Source: Hemiscyllium ocellatum (lineage: Eukaryota). Taken from it: a stretch of DNA of 64,000 bases. The notes beneath the pieces were generated by a model that saw only the letters and a program-made list of their open reading frames with translations, ran no database searches and was not told where the DNA came from. Below are positions 38,020-50,782 of the stretch, in pieces. The position numbers and the translations under genes are program-made. The number at the start of each line of letters is the position of its first letter. Position 1 is the first letter of the stretch. The stretch covers positions 28,052,345-28,116,344 of the forward strand of contig NC_083405.1 in NCBI RefSeq assembly GCF_020745735.1, written 5' to 3'.

Positions 38020-41000
38020 TTGCTCCACACTCTGTAGTAATATGATTTGTTATGTATTAGTACACAATGTGGTTTAGCTATTAGTAGTCATCGAGGTGGT
38101 TTGTTTCAGGATGGCCGAGCGCCAAAGCGACAGCAGCAAATATAACCAGCTGATCAGTCTCTGGCCAATAGAAAACGACTCTGGTTCAAAAAATTCCCTG
38201 GAGATCCGGCGACTGAGCTAGCAAAGTTACAAACAACCAAATCTGCTCTGAACTATAACAGAGGTGATTTTAATGGAATATTAGTGACCAAATGAGAGCA
38301 CTATCAGTTTACAGGATATAGCTATGCATACATATTTTAGATACATTCATACATGGACTTATGACTGTGCATTGCGTATTCTCACAATTGATAGATCAAC
38401 AATAATTAGGAGATAGATGATCGAGAAGGAAGAAATAAATCAACAAATCACTAGTTCTGTGGATTTCTCTTCCAGGTAGAGGCACATAGTACTTTAGATG
38501 GGTAAATAATAGCTGTAAGAATTTAGGTTTTCTATTTACATATTTTTCCATTTTGATTTGTTATGTTGCAAGCACAACATTCCTTTTGCTAGCTTGTGTA
38601 TTCTAGTTGAGAAACATCAGACCTCAGACCTCCATAATATTTTTCTCTGCCCATTTTAAACAAAGAACAACAGCGTCTACAAGTACTGGACTCACAACAT
38701 CAAGTGTCCCTGAATTGTGCCTCCAGTAAATTCATACCAGTAATAAATAGACACAGCCTGATGGTAAGAGTATATATACAGGGACATGATTTATAGATTT
38801 AATTTTGATATTCTTATAAAGAAAATCCCAACAGTAGAACGCAACGCAGTTTCTCAGCTTTAAAAGATTTCACAGTAATTGTGCGTGGGAGTAATTGTTA
38901 TTGCACCAGCGTTCTTCATTAAAGCATGCATGCATGCATATACATGTGCATTTAGTTTACAAACACCACAGTACTTCCAGGGAAACATGTATTTAACCAA
39001 AATTCGCCGGGTTTGTTTTAACGGCCAAGCGATCTACAAACACACAGAAGCTCGATTTGATATTTGATAACCCTATATAGGGTTCTCTACCATTAGATTG
39101 TTGCTTTAATTGCATACGATTGAAATTCACTAATACTCCCCAAATCCCAACTTCGATTTTCCATAATTGCACACTGTTAAGGTTTTATCGACCATAAAAG
39201 AGTGGAATGTTTCCTTTCGAATAATTAGGCATTTTTGAGCATCTCAATGGGGACATTTGTGTTTTCCAATAACAGAGCATTTGCTGCGCCCTGAGCGCGG
39301 CATCAGATCGCAGTAAAAGGACGGAAGCCAAGGGCTCCTTGCTAAAGATCTCATTATCTCGTTAGGTTTCCTTTCCGTCAACAATGGTCACATCTCTTAC
39401 TGAAATATCTGCGGTACAGTAAACAATATATGAAGAGGATGTTTATATATTTTAAGCAAGAAAGATATTTCAGCCCTCGAGTAAACACTTTTACTGCACC
39501 TATAGCCGAATTCGAAACATGGCAATTAGAGGGCAATCATTGCAAATTAAGGAGAATTGGTGAATGCGGTTGTTAGTAGTCGGAGGATTTTGTATTTTCG
39601 ACAGCTAAAAAGGTTTCTTTGGGACGGATATCCCATCAGTGATTGCAAGTAATTAAAATACCACGAGTAGGTTCATTTTCAGTCCTGAAAGCTTATACCT
39701 GTTTCTCTTTCTTAATTATAGGCTGGTTATATGTTAAAAAAACAACCGAGAGCTGGCTGAAATCAAAAGCTATATCTGTTCGAAGTGTGAGTATAAATAC
39801 AGAGCAATTATGGAGGAAAATGTGCAAAATCAAGCCAGTTCGACCCCTCTTAATGAAAGGCCGACGCTTGCCGCTTTCCCCAGTTTCTGCCCTAAAGCCT
39901 CTAATCATGTACAATATTTATGCATTTACTTCCAATTGTAAAATGAATTTTAATAAATTCGAACAGTTCTCGTCAACGTTGAATCTTTTCTGCTTATGAT
40001 TTGCTTTGTGTTTTATTTTTGGCTTTCCACTTTTGATTAATAAGCCCCCACAATTGCTGCATCCTTTAACATGAAGAATCTTCAACACAAGTTGTGCTGT
40101 GAAATGACCGAAATACAGAACAGAAAAAGGTGATGTGGAAAGCTGAACAAAAGAGCAATGCGTAAACCACGGCTATTATTTTCCAATTAGGTTGAACGGC
40201 TAATAGCCACTGCTGCTGCACCGTGTGCTAGGGAAACTAGAGAAAATAAGGCAATATAATGAGACCAACAACACACAGAGTGGGGAAACTTGCTACTAAA
40301 GAGCACATGGAATATATCAAATAATAAGTTGATCTGTATGCATCTTCTGGGGGAAAAAACAATGCCGCACAACTGAACTTTTTTTCACCACTAACCTAGA
40401 CTTTAATTCTATATTTTGCAATTCATACTTTTAAAAATAACATGGCAGTTTCAAAAAATAAAGCACCAATTAATTTTCCTGTGAAAAAGGCTAAAATACT
40501 GACGTTGCGATTTATTCTTTCCGTTGACGTATTTCTATTTCCTCGCAGATAGCCAACCTTCCGAATCAGATAAAATAATAGATTCTAAACAGATGGGATC
40601 TGGAACTCCATGTGTTCAATGTTAGGACAGTTGAAGTAAGAGAATGCCATTTTTAATTTTTAATAAAACGAGAAAGATGAGGTATTTCAAAGTCCACAAG
40701 TGTGTAAATTCGTATTTTGAATGTCGTTAAGAAGAAGAAAATTTCTTCCCAAGTGTTACTCAGTCTTGCAGCGACCAGAACTGATACAGCCTAATTAGCA
40801 ACTACAGACGGAATGTCTTTTGGTTTATTAGGTGGAATTGGGGCCTAGTTTGGGCTGAGTGAGGTTGACTAAGTAATATTTTTAAACGTATGTGTATGTA
40901 CGTATCTAAAACAAAAATTAAACACGCATTTAATCCATTCTCTAAAAGGAAACAGCATGCCTCCTTTGAAATTGCGAGGCCGTGCTTCAAGTTTTCCACC

Positions 41001-43249
41001 CACCGTCGCTTACATTACTTTTTTTCTGCTACGCTCACATCTCGTTAACAAGTTGCCGCAATTTGAACTATGACTATTGCAAGGAAACAGTATAAATGTT
41101 CCAATTACTTTGATGTAACTGTAATCCCTTCCAGAACGGCGGCTCTTCGAGAGTATAAATGATCGAATGTTATTTGCCATATTTTACATAAATAGTTGCA
41201 TTCTGACAGATTAAAATAACTCTGTGCTTTATCACCATAAAACAGGCCTATTCATTAAAATCACGATTCACTGATGACACTGTTTCTTGTTATGGTATAA
41301 CCGTGATTCATTCAAATTCTTCGTTTAATTCGATTTCATGTTTCTTACACGAGGAAAACAAATCCTTCAGAAATTCTCTAACATCACGAATGTGGGTTCT
41401 TATCACACTTTAACCAAATAATTAAGGGGGCATCGTAGGTGTTCAGTAAGTAAACTCTATTTCTCAGTCTTTATCAACAATCAAAGTGTATTTGACCATT
41501 TCTATCCACACACACGCAAATTTTAACTTCGAACTTTAGCACAATTATGAAACATTTACTAACGATCAATGCGGGTGAAATAAGTAATTGGTGGGACGCA
41601 TTTCATACGTACAAACATTACACTCAAAGGCCTAATATAGTCTTAGTGATAGACCGCGTGATGTCTCTTGTTTCTGAGCGCAAAACCCATAGTTTCACTC
41701 ATTTTAAATCGAAACAAATAATTTAATGCAAAAACGTTCGAAAAGCCATTCAGGCAAGTCTAATGCGTGGTACTATAAAAGCAAATTTGTGATTACTGGA
41801 CATGTCCACCAAGCAACACATTGAACGGTTAGTTTAAGAATGCAAGCCAACCATTTCATCAGTAACACATGACCAAGACAGACGCTATGCAGCAGCACCA
41901 CAAGTTTGCTCACACTCCAAACACACGGTGGCAGCAACGAGTCCAAAAGAGGACAGCAAACATTAATAAATATCCACACGAACACACACATTCTCAGTCA
42001 GACGGTTCTAAGTGTCTCAGTGTCAGTAGGACAACCTCCGCGTTAAGTAAGAAAAACAACAGACAGCAAATTTGCATGCTCACACCCGAAATAGGATATC
42101 TTTGATCATTTCTCATTCTTCAGTAGCCATCAACACTGAAATTAACCACAAATAACTAGGGACGAGGATTCACAGATAAACACTGATAAACGTGGATTAG
42201 ATCTCCACCAGAAAATGTTTGAACAAAATAACAAAAGTGGATACTAAAATATATCGCATCTTTATCGAAAACCATGCGAAGCAAGAGCAGTAATTCTAAA
42301 GAAATAAACCATTTAAATGAAGAACGGCTATCGTAACTGATTATTTATTTCGAAATTGAATAAATAGTTTTTTCAACCGCAATGAATCTGCAATAGATTC
42401 CATTATAACGAGCCTCATCCCAGATTCCCCCTACATGACATTTAAAAACTGAATCAAGGTTCATGTTTACTTCTGTCCATTTGTTCCCTACGCAAAACAT
42501 TTTGAACGAACAGAACGGCTGTTGGTCAGAGACAATCAGAACGTACGACGTCAAAAAACATTATTCACACTTTTTTCAAAACAAATAGATTCCCAAAAAA
42601 ATTACAAATACAGAACAACTGTCCCTGAAACGGTCAAATTACACTCAATAAATGCCCAACAAACGTTACATTTCGAGTTATCACAATTCAAAGGTCATCG
42701 TCACTTTTACACAACACTCTTCAACTTTGGCAAATTAAAGATCTTTAAAGGTTAGCTTTAACAATAACTTTGCTTGAAAGATCTGTTAAAAAATACTTTT
42801 GTTTTGCAGAACTGCAAAGCTGAGAACGGGCCTTACCTTGCTGCAGATTCCTCCCCTCGGTCTGGCTAATCCGGACTCTGCACAGACCGGCTGTGGTATT
42901 AGCTGAGCCCCAGTGTCAGTGTTTGCAGAGCCCATGTCTAGTTTGACAGCTGTCCGTTCAGCTCCATCCCAGGCCCCTGGCTCCCGCATTCCGCCAGCGG
43001 CGTTTGGTGACGACCTGCAGGATACTGCCGTGCGGATCAGAGCCGGCGCTTTTTAATCCAATGCTCCACCTTCCGTGGAGGAATTCGTAGCTGCCAGCCA
43101 TAGGATCTGTGCCGAAAGCTTGGCTCCATAGGCGAATAATCACTGCGCTCGGAGGGGGGAAAAAAAGAACAAAATATGCGATGCTGAAAGCCCGCAAGCT
43201 CTCACATCCGAACCAACACGCGCTTAGCAAAAGAATGCAGTTCTATAGT

Positions 43250-43400
43250 CGCAAGGGAAATTATAAAAAGTTCATGTTCACGGTTACACTCCACATGACT
43301 TTCAGTGGCCAATGGTGAAACCGAACAACTCGTAAAGTTCTATTGCAAAGTTGTAAATTTTCATAAAACAACAACGGATTTATGACATTTCCCCATGACT
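43250..43400 (-). promoter_or_regulatory. Distal promoter-like element between hoxa6 and hoxa7
   Basis: TTTTTATAA TATA-like motif, CACATG, CCAAT at 43309-43313 and clustered TTTAC/TTTAT Hox/Cdx sites. A GC-rich segment follows on the minus strand and ends in donor AAG|GTAAGG at 42837/42836. Confidence 0.65.
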
Positions 43401-44853
43401 ATTAGGAGGCAGGTCTTAGACGCCATTTTTAACAAAGAGTCAGGTTAAAATTGTGAAATTATGAAAGATTTTTTCCACGGTTTAAAAATAATTTTGTAAT
43501 TTCTGAAGCTACATTAATATGTCCATAACACCCGTTTGCAATTCGTGCTCTTTTTTCACAGAAATCACTAGTTTCTGCTTTCAGGCGACTATTGTAACGA
43601 ATCAATTCTAGTTTGCGTATCATCACATTTGTTCTATCGACATTTCTTCTGGTTTACTCGTTTCTTGAATATGTTGCATTTAAAAAAATGGCAATGAGCT
43701 GGTCCTGTATCTTGGGATCGAGCTACAAGTTACAGTGCCGCCCTGCATGCATTACAAATAAAGTCTGCGCCTGTCCGAATATTCATTCAAAGCTCGGCGA
43801 TGAAATAGCGACTCGATTCTTTGTTTTTAATTTGGATTTTAATTTTTGGTCGTTATGAAACCAGACACTACGCTCACTGTGTTCTCATCTTTTCCATTTT
43901 TCTTAGACTCACTGAAAGGGAAATGAGCTCGATCAGGCGTCGGCTCCAGCTTGCTTCATGAGAACTTTGAGCCCATCGTCGTCCCAACCTGCGTCTTAAT
44001 TCGAATGCATTGCTCGCAAATACGGCCTTGTTTAAAAAATATTCTTGTCAACGATAATTAACAGAGCACAATGTGCTCAAAGGACTTTGACATATTCAGT
44101 TTTAATCTGTTTGAACTGTGCCCATTTCGTGGACAAAAAAATGTGGATTCATTTGTTCTTTTATGAAAAACAGATTGGATGGCAATGAATGGACTACAAT
44201 ATAGAAATATGTATTTGTTACTCTGAAATAACTTATTTTTAATTGCTGCTGTTAATGATAGTACTTCTGTGTGTTAACGAATCATGGGGCCACTCATTTG
44301 GTGGTAATCTGCTCAGGCCAGGAAAGACAGTCTGTTTATTCAAGCACCGTTTAATGTTTCTCATTTTTGTTTGTCTACAGAGACTCCATTCAAAGTATAC
44401 AAGACTGGAACGAATATATGCATTTTAAATAGATTGCACCTTAAACCTTTAACATCGGTTATTATTTAACAACACGTACACATATTACAAAGCAAACTTT
44501 CCATTGACAGATACCATACTGAATATGGAACCACAATATATCTAGTCGACGATGCTGCTCGAAATTTCTATTATTACATTTGGTTACAGTTTTTTAAAAA
44601 ATGTTTATAATTTAGACAGTACACATGTATAAGACAACTGACACAACAAACTTAAAAGAAAGACAATTACATCATTCAATGATACATGGTTGTTTGAAAT
44701 CTTTAGCAGATATATATTTTAATGCCATCAATCAGAGAGAAATATAGCAATTTCCCCCATTCATATATAACTTGTTTTACTGTTTTTTTTTACATTATAG
44801 TATTTAAGCACAGTACGAAACAATTCCATTCGCGTCAAATGTAAACCGGTATC

Positions 44854-45876
44854 TAGGTAGTTATCATTATGTTGTGTTATAAAGTGGCTATATATGCACC
44901 TCATTTAAAAAAAAACATACATCAGAATATTATTCACATTTTTGTTCTCATATAATGGGTACTGTTTAGAGAAGTGTGAAAAGTCTAGACTTCAACACTC
45001 TCTGTCAAGAAACGAATATTTAATTCGAACATTTAGGTAGTTTCCAAAGACGTGCAAGATGCCCACTATTGTGGTCTAGGTAGTTACATTTCATTGCTTA
45101 TGCGAAAAGACAAATCTTCATTTTGTTAATAGAACGGTAGATCTCGGTGTACAGTGGCACACTCAGAGATTAATTGAGAAGTAATGTAGAAAATAATAAG
45201 AACGAAAATTTGAATAGAAATAAACTACTTTATTCGACTTGTTCGCCTTCTGGCAATTCTTGCTATGTATGTTAGAGTGGCCCAAGAACTTGGTCTCTGA
45301 TTGGGCTGGGGTCGACTATCCATTATCACGGGTATTTTTGTTTTGTGAATACTGTGCAAGAATATTTCAAAACATGTGAAGAAGACGTTAACAGAAGTAA
45401 AGTAAGTTTGAGAAGTAGTTCAGTGCATGAGATATATTTTAAAACACGCAATGGCATTTGAGTTTTGCATTACATAGGTTAGAGCAATGGTCACATTTAG
45501 TTTTATCGGCTAATGTTATCCCGATAATTGCACTATGGGAGATTCAGAATTCAAATTCAATTTATTTCATTTTAACAATAGAGAAGAAGGATTTCGAATT
45601 TCTTTCGCGTTCCTTGTAATATTGCGGACAGAGATTCCCAATTAAAACTTGAGAAATCAAGCATTTCAGTTTGACTGCCTCCCTTGTAGCATTTGTTCTC
45701 AGTCGTTCCACTTTCCTTTTGTTACTGAAAACATGGATTCTGGACTCAATTCCTAGCTCTCTACTAATGCCAATAAAGATTTTGATTTATTTTTTTAAAA
45801 AGATGAAAACCTAAATCAGCGAACTTTAATTTTAAAGACATGATTTCGAAAGAGGTTATTAAAACACGTAGGTAGT
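44854..45876 (-). promoter_or_regulatory. Four miR-196 8mer target sites (ACTACCTA) in the presumed hoxa7 3' UTR
   Basis: Plus-strand TAGGTAGT at 44854, 45034, 45077 and 45869. Confidence 0.8.
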
Positions 45877-45999
45877 ATCATGAGTGCTAGCGCACACCAT
45901 TTGTGAAATAGTCCACGATTGTGGTTAGCTAGTCAAATGTCATGGTTTCGCGGCGACAGAGCAACTTTCTTCGCATAGTTCAAGATTTTGGTGGGAATC

Positions 46000-46281
<282 letters not shown>

Positions 46282-46639
46282 TTAAAACCACCTTTCATAA
46301 ATACACAATGCCCGCGGTGTGGTCAACCCTATTCCTGTTGCTTTCAGCATCCCCTCGTCATCTCTGCTCTTACATTGAAATATCTGTGATTGAACCAACT
46401 ATTCAGATGCCAAGGGTCTGAGTTAAAATGCAAATGAACTTTTGGGATCTGAGAGGAACCTTCTTCTAGCAAAACGGTTTTTGAAAAGAAAAATAAGTTT
46501 CCAGTGCAAATCACTTGTGTTCTTAATAGTTTATTTACATCAAAGCGGCTGACGGAATAAAATTTCACCCAGTATATAGGGTTGGAATATTAATATTTCA
46601 GACACAGGAATGACAGGTAACTAAAATTGTAAGGCTGTA

Positions 46640-46677
46640 TGTGCGTGCGTGTGTGTGTATGTGTGCGTATGTGTGTG
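46640..46677. repeat. Imperfect (GT)n microsatellite in the hoxa7 intron
   Basis: tgtgcgtgcgtgtgtgtgtatgtgtgcgtatgtgtgtg. Confidence 0.7.
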
Positions 46678-47064
46678 TTTTGTTCCAGATCTATTCGATT
46701 CTAATGCTAGCAATTGAAATGCCTAATTTCACTCTGGTGGTTCGAGCTTGTATGTTATGGCACCGAAGTAATGCGTTTCAAATACGGACTTATATCTACA
46801 AAGGGGGCGGGGGAAGTTTTACAAGGACCCAAAGATCTTTCACGGAGTGAAAAACAAAGAGAGAAAAAGCTTCAGTTCCACGACCTTGCCCAATCTGTAA
46901 ACATACTTTAGACCTGCAATGTATCAATCCCCATCCTCTCAAGAATAAACGGTGTTTTTTTTCCCCGTGTATCAGTAAAGAACATAGCTCTCATTTGATG
47001 TTGATAAAAGTGGGTAAACAAGCAATATGTGAGTTGCTGTTAACTTTAAAGGAGCGGAAGTCGA

Positions 47065-47126
47065 GTGCTTTTACGAGGATTGTACTGATTAATTGTGCAA
47101 TAAAAGTTTTATGATTGCTATCTGCC
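47065..47126. promoter_or_regulatory. HB-1-like element in the hoxa7 intron
   Basis: Clustered TTTTACGA, TTAATT, CAATAAAA and TTTTATGA motifs. Confidence 0.6.
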
Positions 47127-47262
47127 TACAATACCACATACGTTTGAGGAACTGGTCCTCAGCTACCATTAAAACTCTTAACTACCTTCAGGATGTAGTG
47201 GCGCTCATTTTAACTGGTCATTTGCACGTTTTCTCATCGCTATGTTACACTATGTCCCATAC

Positions 47263-47656
47263 CTGCATTCCTCATCCAGGGGTAAATCCGGAAATTGCTC
47301 TCTGCTTGAGGGTGCACGTTTGTCTGATCCAATTTTTCGCAACCCTGTTTGCTCAGATCGCTGCAAAGAACTGGAATGTTCTGGTCTAAGGCAGAGCAGC
47401 GCAGGTTGTAGGAATCGGAATTTAAGTTATAACCTGTGTTGTACATGGAAGGGCCGTGATAGATTGCACTGTTAACATTGTACAGGCCGGCCATCGGGGC
47501 TGGGAAGGCGCTGGCGCCCGCTCCATAGCTGGATCTTTGTGAGTTGGTAGCAAAAGCGCAAGAAGTTGCTTCTGTAAAGCCACTCGCGTTCTGGAAAACG
47601 GATGTCCCCGCCGTATATTTGGGAAAAAGAGCATTCACATAATACGACGAACTCAT
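47263..47656 (-). CDS. hoxa7: Homeobox protein Hox-A7, exon 1
   Basis: MSSSYYVNALFPKYTAG N-terminus and FRIYPWMR hexapeptide; donor CAG|GTATGG at 47263/47262. Confidence 0.97.
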
Positions 47657-47694
47657 AATTTTGTCTGGTGATTTGTTGGCCAGGACTCTTCAGT

Positions 47695-47825
47695 GTCGGT
47701 TTTACGAGATAGCGTGATAAATGGTAGCATTACACCCCCGATTTACACCAAGCACCCATTTTCCTTCGGCCCGACTTATTTCTATTCACGTGACCTGGCC
47801 ATGTGATCCCGTCACCCAATAGCAT
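47695..47825 (-). promoter_or_regulatory. hoxa7 proximal promoter and 5' UTR
   Basis: CACGTG at 47787-47792, CATGTG, CCAAT at 47816-47820, TTTTACGA site. Confidence 0.65.
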
Positions 47826-48243
47826 TCCACATCACAGGTGGTAAATAGCATGTATTCGACTATTTTCAAAAAGATATTGTACAAAAATCGCACACAGTCT
47901 TTTTAATATTGGAAGTATCGATAGACTGTGTCACCTTAAAAGGTCAATGTCTTTTGTTAATTTCTTTCCCAAGCCACTGTGCCATTTACATGTTTGGGAA
48001 CGCAGGTATGATTCCAACATTGTTGAGAATAAGATGTGTGATGAATCTGGAAGTGCAAAGGGACCCATACGATTTGGTTACATTTTACAAGAAGCAGAAA
48101 TCATGAATAGTATAGTCGCACTGGTGTAACATTTAGGAGCACTCTGTAATATTTGGTTTAAAAGAAAAGATTACGTGGAAGAATTGAAAATAAGTGAGCA
48201 GTTGCATTTCTCTCTTTACTCTTTACCCCCAACATCCCCCGCT

Positions 48244-48272
<29 letters not shown>
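48244..48272. repeat. Poly-C tract (29 nt)
   Basis: Uninterrupted C run upstream of hoxa7. Confidence 0.9.
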
Positions 48273-48275
<3 letters not shown>

Positions 48276-49024
48276 TCAACCCTGTGTAGTTGTTTGCTGT
48301 CTAACGATGCCATCAAGGCACTGTATAGTGTCTGAGACACTGGAGACTTGCTGAGTTTAGATTGGATGTACATCTAAACTCGAAATTATAAAACAAATCA
48401 ATTGTAGGCAAATAGTGAGAGTTATAGGTACAAAATATATGCTGCAGGATCAAAGCGCAAGATGGCTGTAATGCTAGCCTCTGATGCGAACTCTCGGATT
48501 TTTGTTTTAACATTCAAGCATGGTCATCTATTGATTTATTAAAATGCACGAGTTCACTTTGGGGATGACCACATTTCCTCTGGCGGGTCTCAGTGAAACA
48601 ACTATTCCGCGGAAACCTTTTAGAGTTGCTAGGTAATCTGATTGGAACCCCACAGGGGATTTACCCCGGGTATCGTTTCCGCCTTCTGTTTTACAACTTT
48701 TTTTCTCTCTCTCTCTTTCGCTCTCTCTTTCCCAATCCTCTCGTTAGATCACAGAACTTGTCTCCGAAGCTGTTGTCCACAATGTCCGGGCATATTGACC
48801 AGTTACTGTGTCTCGGGTTTTCGTTCCTCTCGAGCGGATCAGTTGCTTTTATGTTCCACATTAATAGGCATATTTTGTCAGGGTTAGGCGTAGGAAAGCA
48901 CAGCCAGCATTTACAGCAGCTAGACAGTCTAGGAAGTATGCACCTGGTGTGTTAATAGTAAAGGATTATTACAATAAAAACATGTTTCTGCCTTTCCGTC
49001 TGGGATATTTTAGGAACTGTTTGC

Positions 49025-50782
49025 TCTGCTATTCGGAAATGTTGTTTTCTTTTGATCTCTGGAGTCTCCTCTGCCATGTCCAAATCTCTGTGCTGAACAG
49101 ACAGGCTTGACACCAGCAGAAACGCTTATCAGGAAGTTATTGCACTACCTTCGCTCCTCGCTCGTTAAAAGAACTATACTTGCTGGAAAAAGACTGCTCG
49201 ATCTGTATGTTTCCATGTCTCCTGTGCATACCTACAACGAAAGGACGATAGATGTTTCGGGAAGCGCTCTAGATTGCGCTGTGAATTCGGATCTTTCCTC
49301 TATTAAAATATGTCCGAAGCCGATTTTTACCAGACACAAACATGGTGAGAGTTTATTACTAAAATGTCCATCACTGCAATCAACGGCGATTGCTATTATT
49401 ACCTTCTAAGTCCAGAATAAGAAAAAAAAAGTACAGTCAGTTATCAGAAATATGGGTGAACTTTTTTAGAAAATGTATATTCCAGGTCAAAAGATTTCTC
49501 GGTTTAAAAAAAAGAAACATCGTTCCGGATTGCACTTCAACTGCAAGGAAATAAATCACCAATAATAATCGGGGAAGTACAAATCAGGAGAAGAGGACAC
49601 TTTAGGAAAGTACACTATAGCTAGACCGTTTGCCAGTAAAGTCAACATTTTCACTTGTGAGTTTGTAGTCCAAATATAACAAATGAACGCTGTTAAAGTA
49701 AGGGCAATGTTTGTTGCTCGAGCACACATCTGAAATATTATTATTTAATAATATGAAATAAATGTCTGCGAAAAGAGTTTTTTTAAAAATTGTAGTTTCT
49801 TTCGCCTTTTCTGATCACCCAAAGATTCCACGCACTGACGGCCATCGAGCATTGCAAATACACGGCCCAATGTTTATCACTAAAATGCATATCCCAACAT
49901 CTTAATGAACACCATAATTTGTTGTGCGTTCTATTATTCCATTAAATAAGATTTCTCCACCACGGTAGATAACGTAGAAGCTTTATTGAGCAGCAATCTG
50001 AAATAGTTTTTTTTACCTTAATTATCCGGGATCTGGAGACGTATTCACCATCACATTCTATTACCAGCTCGAGCCGGAGGAAGTACAGAGACAAAGAAAA
50101 CTCTATTTTTCAAACGAATTAGTAAATTATTATAGCCATGACTTCAAAGGTTATCGTGTATTTTTGAAACAAAATCAATTGACCTAAATGGTTGGTCAGT
50201 AACCCATGATATGTTTATGAATCGAAGAATTTCAAATTGGTTCTGCTCATTTAGCCTGGAGACTGAAAAAAAAACATCTGGAGTATCATTTCTTAATTTC
50301 ACAGACAGACAAATATTCGACGTTATCCCACGCGTTATGTTTTGCTCAACATTTAAATGACAATGGTACATTTCCAAATTTCTGAAAGTCCAATGTCTTC
50401 TATATTTCCGGACACAGCTCTATGTCTAGTAAAGTTGTCTATTTTTTTTTCGCTTGGTAGTTGGAACAGCTTGTTATAATTTTATTTTGCTCTGCCTACA
50501 GGCACATGTGAAGCATTAATGATTATTTTGCATAGTAACAGATTATCCTGATTTGTAGCTGGGAATCCTGCGTATCAATCGACAAAATGGCAAAGTGATC
50601 ACCAAGCATTTATTTGATTTTGTCGTCGACTAATAACGACAGACTTTCCCGACAGTATGTTTTGGAATACATAGATCTCGGATTTCGTTACACGTCATTT
50701 GTTGTTGTTTCCAACATTTTACGTGGCTATAATAGTACCCCCATTCCTTCTATGCAGCATATTAACGGAAGTAGAAGCTTGT
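49025..50782 (-). pseudogene. hoxa8: Decayed HoxA8 pseudogene remnant
   Basis: Exon 2 relic after acceptor ttgtag| (49232): RRHG..TY, (E)F-FN, R(K)RR(I), in-frame IWTWQRRLQRSKENN (49041-49085; compare [15 protein letters not shown]), then FPNSR. Exon 1 relic ACA AGC TTC TAC TTC c GTT AAT ATG CTG (50755-50782; compare MSSYFVNxL). Lies between hoxa7 and hoxa9 on the same strand. Confidence 0.7.

Noticed and set aside
48865-48885. Possible relic of the Hox8-type miR-196 site (TAGGCATATTTTGTCAGGG)
   Set aside because: Only the first 6 nt match; indistinguishable from chance.
48593-49409. Plus-strand ORFs of 120 and 100 aa near the HoxA8 relic
   Set aside because: GTG/TTG starts, partly CT-repeat derived, no homology evident, and on the opposite strand to the relic.
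50010-50040. Possible HoxA8 hexapeptide and donor (TCCCGGATAATTAAG|GTAA)
   Set aside because: Needs several indels to read FPWM and would make exon 1 about 765 nt, much longer than the 394-580 nt of neighbouring genes.
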